A DNA stretch of 64,000 nucleotides from an uncultured Acidobacteriota bacterium (GTDB lineage: Bacteria; Acidobacteriota; Terriglobia; UBA7540), in NCBI GenBank assembly GCA_963804995.1, contig CAWDSK010000006.1, positions 1,376,001 to 1,440,000 of the forward strand, written 5' to 3'. Shown here piece after piece: positions 19,250-27,413 of this stretch. The notes below the pieces were generated by a model. It was given only the letters and a program-made list of their open reading frames with translations. It did not search any database and was not told the origin of the DNA. Numbering within the stretch: the stretch's first letter is position 1; the number at the start of each line of letters is the position of its first letter. Both the position numbers and the translations under genes were made by a program.

Positions 19250-21264
19250 CCTGCCTTTCGCACTTCCACCCGCTACCGGGCTGATTTTGGCAGCTTGCGG
19301 TGCACAAGGTCTTTGCCTTCAATGGGCGCGGGTTGAAGAGTGCTTGTAGGCCCGACCTACCCTCTTTTCTGGGGCGCGAAGGTCTGGCATTCTGGGGCGT
19401 GCACCTGAAGATTCATCGACGCAAAAAGGACGGCAAGGAACATCGTTATTTCAGCATCGTCGAGAGTCGGCGCGTGTCGCGCTCGAAGGTCGTGCATCGG
19501 ACGGTGCTGTATCTGGGCGAAATCAACGACAGCCAACAATCCGCGTGGCGCAAGACGCTGGAGGTTTTTGACGAGGACCGTCGCGTCCTCGCGTCCCTGA
19601 GCCTCTTCCCGGAGGACCGCGAACTTCCTGCGGATGCTGTGGACGGCGTACAAGTGAAGTTGAGTGAAATGCGCGTTGAGCGGCCGCGCACCTTCGGTGG
19701 CTGTTGGTTGGGCTGCGAGCTGTGGCGCCAGTTGAAGCTGGACGAGTTCTGGCAGGCGAGGTTGCCGGAAGGGCGCGAGGGAGTTCCGTGGGAGAAGGTG
19801 CTACGGCTGCTGGTGGTGAACCGGTTGATCGAGCCGGGCAGCGAATTCCGTGTGCATCGGCACTGGTTCGATCAGACCGCCATGGCCGAGTTGCTGGCAG
19901 TGAACTTCGCGGTGGCCGAGAAGGACCGGCTCTATCGTTGTCTGGATCGAATACTGGCGCACAAGGCGGAGTTGTTCCAGCACCTGCGGCTGCGGTGGCA
20001 AGACCTCTTTGCGGCGCGCTTTGATCTGCTCCTCTACGATCTCACCAGCACCTATGTGGAAGGAGAGGCGGAAGCGATTCCCAAAGCCCGCCACGGTTAC
20101 AGCCGGGACGGGCGGTTCGACTGTCGGCAGGTGGTGATCGCCCTGGTGCTGACGCCGGAAGGTTTCCCGCTGGCCTACGAAGTGATGGAGGGGAATACTT
20201 CCGACCGGAACAGCTTGCGCGGTTTTCTGGACAAGATCGAGAGCGTGTACGGCAAGGCACGGCGGGTGTGGATGATGGATCGGGGAGTTCCCAGTGAAGA
20301 ACTGCTGGCGGAGATGCGCACCCCGGGGCGGGAGATGTTTTACCTGGTGGGGACGCCACGGGGCAAGATCCGGCAGTACGAAGCGAAGTGGACGGAACTG
20401 CCGTGGCGGAAGGTGCGCGAGTCGGTAGAGGTGAAACTGTTCGCGGAGGAAGGCGAGTTGTATGTGCTGGCGAAGAGCGCAGGCCGCCAGGCGAAAGAGA
20501 TGGCCATCCGTCGACGCAAGCTGGCACGGCTGTTGTGGAGGCTGCGGGCCTTGCGGCGCGTGTGTCCGACGCGTGATGCGTTGCTGATGAAGATCGGAGC
20601 AGCCAAGAGTGAAGCCGGACGGGCCTTCGGTTTCGTGAAGATCAGCGTGCCCAAGGCCCAGGAAGAAGTGACTCGCCAGACCTTCCAGTTCCGGCTCGAG
20701 CGCAGCAAGTTGGAGGAAGCGGAGCGGCGCGATGGACATTATCTGTTGCGCACCAATCTGACGGGGGAAAATCCCGAGGTGTTGTGGGACCGCTACATGC
20801 AACTGGCGCAGATCGAAGCGGCCTTTAAGTGTTTGAAGAGTGAGCTGGGAATTCGGCCGATTTATCATCAAATAGAACATCGCGTCGAGGCCCACATCCT
20901 CATTGCCTTTCTGGCGTACGGCTTGTGGGTGACGCTGAAACAGCGTCTGCAGGCCCACGCTCCGGGCCTGACGCCGAAAGCGGTGCTGGAGAAGCTGGCG
21001 GGCATGCAGATGCTCGATGTGTCTTTCCCGACCACGGATGGGCGCCGATTAGTGATGCCCCGCTACACCGAGCCGACACCCGAACAAAAGCTCCTGTTGC
21101 ACGAACTGCAGCTCGTGCTCCCCACTCAGCCACCGCCCACGATCACGGTCCAGCCGGAAATCTTTCCTGCTGGAATGCTGCGTTTGTAGGCCAGACCTTG
21201 GCAATGCCTGTACTGAAAAGAAGCGAGTTAACCCAACTCAACACCCTGAAGTGCGAAAGTTCGG
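19250..21264 (+). mobile_element. IS1634-family insertion sequence, copy 2 (2015 bp)
   Basis: Same TIRs as copy 1; own 4-bp target duplication CTAC at 19246-19249 and 21265-21268. Confidence 0.92.
19399..21189 (+). CDS. IS1634-family DDE transposase
   Basis: Protein identical to copy 1 except PPPTIT vs PPPRIT. Confidence 0.93.
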   Translation: MHLKIHRRKKDGKEHRYFSIVESRRVSRSKVVHRTVLYLGEINDSQQSAWRKTLEVFDEDRRVLASLSLFPEDRELPADAVDGVQVKLSEMRVERPRTFGGCWLGCELWRQLKLDEFWQARLPEGREGVPWEKVLRLLVVNRLIEPGSEFRVHRHWFDQTAMAELLAVNFAVAEKDRLYRCLDRILAHKAELFQHLRLRWQDLFAARFDLLLYDLTSTYVEGEAEAIPKARHGYSRDGRFDCRQVVIALVLTPEGFPLAYEVMEGNTSDRNSLRGFLDKIESVYGKARRVWMMDRGVPSEELLAEMRTPGREMFYLVGTPRGKIRQYEAKWTELPWRKVRESVEVKLFAEEGELYVLAKSAGRQAKEMAIRRRKLARLLWRLRALRRVCPTRDALLMKIGAAKSEAGRAFGFVKISVPKAQEEVTRQTFQFRLERSKLEEAERRDGHYLLRTNLTGENPEVLWDRYMQLAQIEAAFKCLKSELGIRPIYHQIEHRVEAHILIAFLAYGLWVTLKQRLQAHAPGLTPKAVLEKLAGMQMLDVSFPTTDGRRLVMPRYTEPTPEQKLLLHELQLVLPTQPPPTITVQPEIFPAGMLRL

Positions 21265-21297
21265 CTACCAAAAGGCCCGTAGCACTGGGCCCGCAAG

Positions 21298-21373
21298 GTA
21301 GCACAGGCACTCCTGCCTGTGAATGCGGCTCGATGTTCGAGCATATCGACACAGCCAGGAGTGGCTGTCCCAC
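21298..21373. repeat. GTAG-type REP-like inverted pair
   Basis: gtagcacaggcactcctgcctgtg ... cacagccaggagtggctgtcccac. Confidence 0.6.
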
Positions 21374-21409
21374 TTTACTCGGACAATTCGTTGCCCGCCT
21401 TGCATTTTT

Positions 21410-21425
21410 GGGCTACCGGTAGCCC
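21410..21425. promoter_or_regulatory. Palindrome GGGCTACCGGTAGCCC, copy 2 of 3, 18 bp upstream of TTGACA
   Basis: Perfect 16-bp palindrome; TTGACA at 21444-21449. Confidence 0.6.
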
Positions 21426-21829
21426 TAACGTGCACATTGCCTATTGACATAGCCTAGTGGATGAAGCGCACAATGGAGGTAGGGAAGCGTAGCGCCCTGA
21501 TGTGTCCAGGTACCCCTTTCTACCGAACAACCACGGGGCCCAAAATGGGGGGTCTGCAATGCTTCACGAACACGCCGACAAACGTCCGGGAAGGGGGGTT
21601 CTGTCAAAAGTTTTATGAAAGGTAATGAAGGGTCGGGAGGTGGGTAGAGCTGGGGGATTTGCCCCCAGACCCCCAGGATTTATCGCTTTGGTGCCAAGAT
21701 GGGTCTGGACTGGGGGAGCGAGTGGGGCTCGCTCCCGACCGATCTCGGCCCCGGGGTCGGCGCTCAGGTCGCATCCCTGCGGAGCCCTATCCTCCGCCCC
21801 GGCCACCGCGAAGTTTACTCCCACCGGGC

Positions 21830-23287
21830 TCAGGCCGCCAGGGCGAGAGCGAGGATCTTGTTCCACTGGCCTTGCAAGGTGGTGAGGGAACTCAACTCCG
21901 GCAAGGGGATGGGTACGCGGTAGCCCAGGGCCAGATGGGGGCGAAGGAAGTTGTAGTGGGTGACGAACAGGGTGGTGAGGGCCACGGCGCCGTTGCGCGT
22001 GGCAAAGCCGCAAGCCGGGCGGACGTGGTATTTGTAGGTGCGATTGAGACGTTCGATGAGTTGCTTGAAGGGGCGGAATTCCTTGGAGACCGCGTCGAGG
22101 TTTTCCAGGCCGATGACCTGCCGCAAGGTATGGGGAGGTTGGGAAGCGGTGCGGTGAGCGTTGAGGAAGTGTACGCCGGCCTGATAAGCGGGGTTGCCGT
22201 CGGTGATGAAACGCAGGGCCTGATCTTCGGGCAAGGTGCGCGCGGCCTCGCCCAGGGCCACGGTGGCGGCCAAGGCATCGCGCTCCGGCGCCACGTGATA
22301 GGACGTGATGCGATGTCCTTGGGGATCGAGAAAGAAGAACGTGTATGGGTGCTTCCCCGCGACGCGAATATAAGTCTCGTCGCCGGTGGCGGTGGCGCTG
22401 AGCGGGGCTTTGTAGCGGAGGTTGAAGGCGTGGCAGTAGTAAGCGGCGGCCTGGGCATAGTTGAGAACGGACTGGTAGCTGAGAGGCACGCCGAAGACTT
22501 GCCGCAGGACCTGGGCGGTCTTGCGGGCGGAGAGGGCGAAAGAGATGTGGAAGGCCAACACCAGGCCCAAGACATCGGAAGAACGATGCAGACGGGTGAG
22601 GTCGACGGTGGGCGGATCGGGAGCGGTGGGGGCCAGTTGGGCGGGTTGAAAGTGGTATTCGCGATACTGGTAACGCAGCTTGAACTGCGTGCGGCGCAGC
22701 TTCTGGAGCAACTTCTCGTTCCAGTGCAGGGCTTGCTGCTTCTGGAGATAGTGAGGACAACGCTCGCCAGGACATTTGTAGATGGTGCAATCGGCACGCT
22801 GCTTCCAGCGGAAGAGGGAGCTGCCGCAGTAGGGGCACCAGTAAGGAGTTTTCGTCGGGCGATGACAACGAGCGATTTGCGACAGCCGGCCACAGACTTT
22901 GCAGCGCAGTTGGCGGGCGTGACGGCCATCGTTGAGGTAGAGGAAGTCGCGCGGTGCGCCGCAGTGGGCACAACGACAAGTGGGAGGCAGGGGGTGGGCG
23001 CCAGAACGCTGAATCGGAGCCAACGGTCGGCGGTGCTGGCGCTGGTACTGAGCCAGCAACTGCCGCCAGTTCCAGGTGCGAGGTGCCGGAGGCGGCTGGG
23101 TCAAGGGAGCCAGAGGGTCAACGTAGAAGTCGCGATAGTGTGGATGCTGCTGGCGAAAGTCGTCGCGGGGTTGAGGCTCGGGCTGGCGCCCGGCGAGAAT
23201 CTCTTGCAGTTGCTCAACCAGTTCCTGCAAATCCTGGCGGGTAAATTTCCTACAGAGCCAAAGCACCAATCGTGGTATCTTGCCCAT
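21830..23287 (-). CDS. DDE transposase/integrase (IS6/IS1-like) with several N-terminal Cys clusters
   Basis: GDETYIRV, ITDGNPAY, IERLNRTYK catalytic motifs; CAHC, CKVC, CPYC and CPGERC zinc-ribbon-like pairs. Confidence 0.85.
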   Translation of the reverse strand: MGKIPRLVLWLCRKFTRQDLQELVEQLQEILAGRQPEPQPRDDFRQQHPHYRDFYVDPLAPLTQPPPAPRTWNWRQLLAQYQRQHRRPLAPIQRSGAHPLPPTCRCAHCGAPRDFLYLNDGRHARQLRCKVCGRLSQIARCHRPTKTPYWCPYCGSSLFRWKQRADCTIYKCPGERCPHYLQKQQALHWNEKLLQKLRRTQFKLRYQYREYHFQPAQLAPTAPDPPTVDLTRLHRSSDVLGLVLAFHISFALSARKTAQVLRQVFGVPLSYQSVLNYAQAAAYYCHAFNLRYKAPLSATATGDETYIRVAGKHPYTFFFLDPQGHRITSYHVAPERDALAATVALGEAARTLPEDQALRFITDGNPAYQAGVHFLNAHRTASQPPHTLRQVIGLENLDAVSKEFRPFKQLIERLNRTYKYHVRPACGFATRNGAVALTTLFVTHYNFLRPHLALGYRVPIPLPELSSLTTLQGQWNKILALALAA

Positions 23288-23444
23288 GGCGGTGAGTCTC
23301 TCGGGAACCTGGCGGGTTCCCTACAAGGTGGATTGGGAAAGAGAGACTTCACCGCCCTTTTTGTTTGCCGTCAAGCCCCACGACGCAGTTACGTCCAGGA
23401 ACTTAAGCGCGGCAACCCGACCGCACCTCACGCCAACGTCCTAG

Positions 23445-25081
23445 GAGCCTGTCGGAGATAGATTTTGGCCGCAGGAGGGATCCAGTCGCAAGATTTTCGG
23501 GGGGGGCATTGGATTGATTATTGATAGTTTTAGAAGATGTTGTAAGATGGAGTTATGGGCAAACAGTTTCGGAGTTGCGATTTAAATCAGGCGTACTTGC
23601 TCCCGCCCTCGTTGCAGGATTGGCTGCCGGAGGGTCACCTGGCGCGGTTCGTGGCGGAGGTGGTGGAAGCCTTAGACCTGTCGGCGATTTACGCGAAGTA
23701 CGAAGCGGGAGATGGGCGGGGGCTGGCGGCGTACGATCCGCGGATGATGGTCCGGGTGCTGATTTACGGTTACTGCCGAGGGGTGGCGAGTTCGCGACGG
23801 ATCGAGCGGGCGACGTACGAGGACGTGGCGTTCCGGTATTTGGCGGCCGACCAGCATCCGGATCACGACACGATCGCGACCTTCCGGCAGGAGCACTTGG
23901 TGCCCTTGGCGCAATTGTTCGTGCAGGTGTTGCAGTTGTGCCAGCGGGCGGGCCTGGTGAAGCTGGGGCACGTGGCGCTGGACGGGACGAAGATCAAGGC
24001 CAACGCCTCGAAGCACAAGGCGATGAGCTACGAGCGGATGGAGAAGGCGGAGAAGGAATTAGCCGCGGAAGTGCAGGCGCTGCTGGCCGAGGCGGCACGG
24101 GTAGACGCCGAGGAAGATGGAAAATATGGGAAGGGTAAGCGCGGCGACGAACTGCCGAAGGAACTGGCGCGGCGCGAGAGCCGGTTAGAGAAGATTCGGG
24201 AGGCGAAGGCGGCACTGGAGCAAGAGGCAAAAGAGGCGGCGGAAAAGAAGCAGGCGGAGGTGGCGGCGCAATTAAAGGAGCGGGCGAAGCAGGAACGGGA
24301 ACGGGGGCGGAAGTTCGGGGGCCGACCGCCGCAGGCGCCGGACGCGGAAGCGGCGAAACCGGAGCCCCAAGCGCAACGGAATTTTACCGACCCGGATTCG
24401 CGCATCATGAAGGACGGAGCGACGAAAGAGTTTGTGCAAGCCTATAACGCCCAGGCGGCGGTGGACAGTCACGCGCAAGTGATCGTGGGGGCGGCGGTGA
24501 CGCAGGAAGCCAACGACAAGAAGCAGTTGGTACCGATGCTGAAGGAAGTGAAAGCGCAGATGGGGCGACCGCCGCGGCAAGCGACGGCGGACAACGGGTA
24601 TTTCAGCGAGCCCAACGTCACCGATGCGCAGGTGCGGGAGATCGATCTGTTCGTAGCGCCGGACGCTCAGAAGCACAGCGAGAAACCGCCCGTCACGACC
24701 GGGCCTCCGCCCTCCGGGGCCAGCGTGGCCGAGCAGATGCGGCACAAGCTGCGCACGGCGGAAGGACAGGCGGTTTATAAACTGCGCAAGGCGGTGGTGG
24801 AACCGGTCTTTGGACAGATCAAAGAGGCGCGCGGGTTTCGGAGATTCCTGCTGCGAGGACTGAGGAAAGTGCAGGCGGAATGGCAGATGATCTGTGCCAC
24901 GCACAACCTGTTGAAACTCTTCCGCTCGGGATGGAGCCCCCAAAGGGCCTGAAAGCGCTGGCCCAACCGACCCCGTTGCTCGCGTGGACGGCCTGGCCAG
25001 CGTCAAATGCCTAACATTCGGTTCGCGGAGAACGAGAGTCGGTAAAAAGTAAGATTGTGGGGCCGTATCTCCGACGGGCTC
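23445..25081 (+). mobile_element. IS1182-family insertion sequence (1637 bp)
   Basis: TIRs gagcctgtcggagata / tatctccgacgggctc (15/16); CTAG duplication at 23441-23444 and 25082-25085. Confidence 0.93.
23555..24952 (+). CDS. IS1182-family transposase
   Basis: LLPPSLQDWLPEGHLA, YDPRMM, PDHDTIATFR, ALDGTKIKANAS, TDPDSRIM, ADNGY, VEPVFGQIK. Confidence 0.95.
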   Translation: MGKQFRSCDLNQAYLLPPSLQDWLPEGHLARFVAEVVEALDLSAIYAKYEAGDGRGLAAYDPRMMVRVLIYGYCRGVASSRRIERATYEDVAFRYLAADQHPDHDTIATFRQEHLVPLAQLFVQVLQLCQRAGLVKLGHVALDGTKIKANASKHKAMSYERMEKAEKELAAEVQALLAEAARVDAEEDGKYGKGKRGDELPKELARRESRLEKIREAKAALEQEAKEAAEKKQAEVAAQLKERAKQERERGRKFGGRPPQAPDAEAAKPEPQAQRNFTDPDSRIMKDGATKEFVQAYNAQAAVDSHAQVIVGAAVTQEANDKKQLVPMLKEVKAQMGRPPRQATADNGYFSEPNVTDAQVREIDLFVAPDAQKHSEKPPVTTGPPPSGASVAEQMRHKLRTAEGQAVYKLRKAVVEPVFGQIKEARGFRRFLLRGLRKVQAEWQMICATHNLLKLFRSGWSPQRA

Positions 25082-25200
25082 CTAGTCAAGCGCACCCGGA
25101 GGGGGGAGAAAGCAGAAAATCCAGTTTCTCCCAGCAATTCAATGGGTTATCGCCTTAGGGGACAAAAATTCTTGACACAACCCACTGATCCGTAGAGATG

Positions 25201-25981
25201 TTAAAAATGAAGGTCGATCCGGGGATGTGTATGAAAACACAGGAGAGGGGACGATTTGTCAGGCTATTTTTCGATCTTTTTGCAGAAAATTCCGGAGTTT
25301 TGTGACAATGGACGGCAAACGATCGGGATTGTGGGCCGACAATGCACAGGTTATACGGAAATTCGGGGCGAATCAGCGCCGACCTTTAGAGCCCTCCCCG
25401 AACACTTCCGGTTATCGGCGGGTTGGGGCACGAACCTGAGCTCACCAATCGGCCTGGAGCTGGGCAATCCCGCACCCTCGATGGGGCATCGCAGACGGGC
25501 GGAAGGTGGTGGGTCAAATGGAGGACGTAGCGGCGAGTTTACCTTGCCCAAGGGGGGCGTCCCGATAGGATCGAGATCGATTCCGCCCCGTGGGCATCAT
25601 GTTGGCTCACGACCCTATCCCACGATGTTTCAGATAACAAAAGGAGTTAGCGAAGAGGAGCAAAAACTCGCAAAATGCAACTCATTGAAACCACAACAGT
25701 AATGAAATTGGCTGAAGTTTACGCACGCCGGTATCCCACGATGTTATAGAAAGCAAAGGGGGTTAGTGATGGGGAGAAGAAACCCGGCAAATATCTATCT
25801 AATTGAAAAAAGGGGAGTTAATTGATTTGCTGCCAATGGGGCGACGGAAAAAGGGGGAATTATTATTTGCGCCTTTCTTCCGGCGCCTTTAGATGTAACT
25901 ACTTTTATTTCAACTAGATAGATTTTTGCTAAAAACCCCATTTCTACCCCTAACCCCCTTTATTTTCATTAACATCTTCAC
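25201..25981. repeat. AT-rich repeat array, locus B, ending in a ~245-bp imperfect inverted repeat
   Basis: Plus-strand copies at ~25201-25243, 25616-25650, 25674-25703 (degenerate), 25732-25766 and 25789-25820; minus-strand copies at ~25896-25927 and 25950-25981. Confidence 0.85.
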
Positions 25982-27101
25982 AAGCAGCGGGCGCTTCTGA
26001 ACCTTCTGCACGCGAAGCCTGCCGTTTAATCTTCATAAGCAGGTTCGTCAAGCGCCAGATTTGGCGAAAGTAGGAGTCTTCCATTCTCTGCATGACCATT
26101 GCAGAGAGATGGGTAGGCGCGATTTCTGCGGCACGTTCATAAGGCGAGGGACCTTTCACGCACTCCCGCAGATTGGCAAGGCGCTCCATCTCGCACAACT
26201 CCACCTGACGCGTCAGGATGTGCTGCAGAAGTTGGCGCACCCGCTCCCGAGATTCCCATTCCTCCTCCGTAATCTGGGGATAATCGGCCTGCCTTGTATC
26301 GGCGGCCTGCAAATCGGCACTTGCCTCTGTAGCGCCGACCTTGAGGTCGGCACTTACCGGATCGAAGTCCGCCGGCACGTCGCCTTCCTCGTCCGGCGGG
26401 GTTTCCGGCTCCAACCCGAAGCCCCGTTGCCTTTCTTCCTCCCGGGTGAAGGGGGGCAAATTAAAGATGGCTCGGGCCTGAGTCACGACTCGGCGGGCGT
26501 TCTCAAGCTCATCCTCCACTTCACCCGCTTCTTCCGATTCCACAGCCCCCGGCGCCTGAAGCTGGCAGAAGAGTGCGAGAGCGATTTCGCCCAATTCCTT
26601 CATGGCTCCCTCGCGGCGCAAGTTCTTCATTTGCTCGAGGTCTTCGGGCGTGGTGACGTAATATTCCTGTGCCACCGATTGGGCGAGCATCTGCAAAACG
26701 GCGGAATTCATTTTCAGATTCATCATGTGCGCGTGCAGGCGGGCCTCCCGGCCGCGGTTTGCCTCCTGCGCCTGCCGCACGGCCATGCCCTCCTGCATGC
26801 GGTCAAAACGCTTCATCCGCCACAGGGCCCGCGCCAGACGCTCCACCAATTCTTCCTCCGAACCGCTGCGGGGGCGCCACTCGCACTGGAGTTTTTCCCG
26901 CAGTTCCCGAAGGTCGGCTGAATCCTCACCCAGGTCGAGCAAGGCGGTTTCTTCCCACTGCGCGTAACGTCCATGGCGCAAGTGCGCGGCGCGGATGCGC
27001 TCCACGCCCTCCGCCGTCTTCGGGCCGTGCGAATGCTTTCGGTTGCGCCGAAGGGCGGCCAGTTTCTTGGCCGTCAGGCGCGGCTTCTTGACCAGTGACA
27101 T
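25950..27101 (-). CDS. Uncharacterised protein with an N-terminal 'N..HS.GPKT..G......RHG' (STGPRT/HGGxSTG-like) motif
   Basis: GGAGG RBS before ATG 27101; KKLAALRRNRKHSHGPKTAEGVERIRAAHLRHG, EEELVERLARALWRMKR, and a late helix RMEDSYFRQIWRLTNLL. Confidence 0.8.
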   Translation of the reverse strand: MSLVKKPRLTAKKLAALRRNRKHSHGPKTAEGVERIRAAHLRHGRYAQWEETALLDLGEDSADLRELREKLQCEWRPRSGSEEELVERLARALWRMKRFDRMQEGMAVRQAQEANRGREARLHAHMMNLKMNSAVLQMLAQSVAQEYYVTTPEDLEQMKNLRREGAMKELGEIALALFCQLQAPGAVESEEAGEVEDELENARRVVTQARAIFNLPPFTREEERQRGFGLEPETPPDEEGDVPADFDPVSADLKVGATEASADLQAADTRQADYPQITEEEWESRERVRQLLQHILTRQVELCEMERLANLRECVKGPSPYERAAEIAPTHLSAMVMQRMEDSYFRQIWRLTNLLMKIKRQASRAEGSEAPAACEDVNENKGG

Positions 27102-27134
27102 AAAACCTCCAAGGGCGGATACGGGATACAGGAT

Positions 27135-27197
27135 TCGCAAAGGGCGCTCGCTGCCTATCCCGACTTGTCGGGACTCGCAAAAGGCGCTCGCTGCCTA
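27135..27197. repeat. 23-bp direct repeat around the mini-palindrome TCCCGACTTGTCGGGA
   Basis: tcgcaaa(g/a)ggcgctcgctgccta at 27135-27157 and 27175-27197. Confidence 0.85.
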
Positions 27198-27280
27198 GAC
27201 CTTACTGCTTCTCCCCAACCCCCCAGTACCCAGTTTAACATTTACTTTAGGGGTATCTGCAAGTGGAAGATTTACGAGTT

Positions 27281-27296
27281 GGGCTACCGGTAGCCC
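27281..27296. promoter_or_regulatory. Palindrome GGGCTACCGGTAGCCC, copy 3 of 3
   Basis: Extends to ttgggctaccggtagcccaa; shares the upstream atttacga with copy 1; lies between divergent genes. Confidence 0.6.
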
Positions 27297-27413
27297 AAAC
27301 GGGCAAAAATCTTTTGGCGAGGGCGTCTAATTGCCCGAAATCGTTCTTGCGCTCGCTGGTAAGGGTCACAGAACCCCAGCACCCCGGGGCATATCGGCGT
27401 TAAACTGTCGCTC

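Larger units (their letters stand above)
21597..25182 (-). mobile_element. Large IS6-like element carrying a nested IS1182
   Basis: Imperfect TIRs ggttctgtcaaaagtttt / (rc) ggttgtgtcaagaatttt resemble IS6-family GGTTCTGT ends; no target duplication seen. Confidence 0.7.

Noticed and set aside
5405..21264. Composite transposon inserted as one unit
   Set aside because: Each IS has its own matching TSD, and the outer flanks (CTAA vs CTAC) differ.
21659..23461. 600-aa plus-strand ORF, and the 471-aa and 359-aa alternative-frame ORFs
   Set aside because: Shadows of the DDE transposase in GC-rich DNA, with no recognisable motifs.
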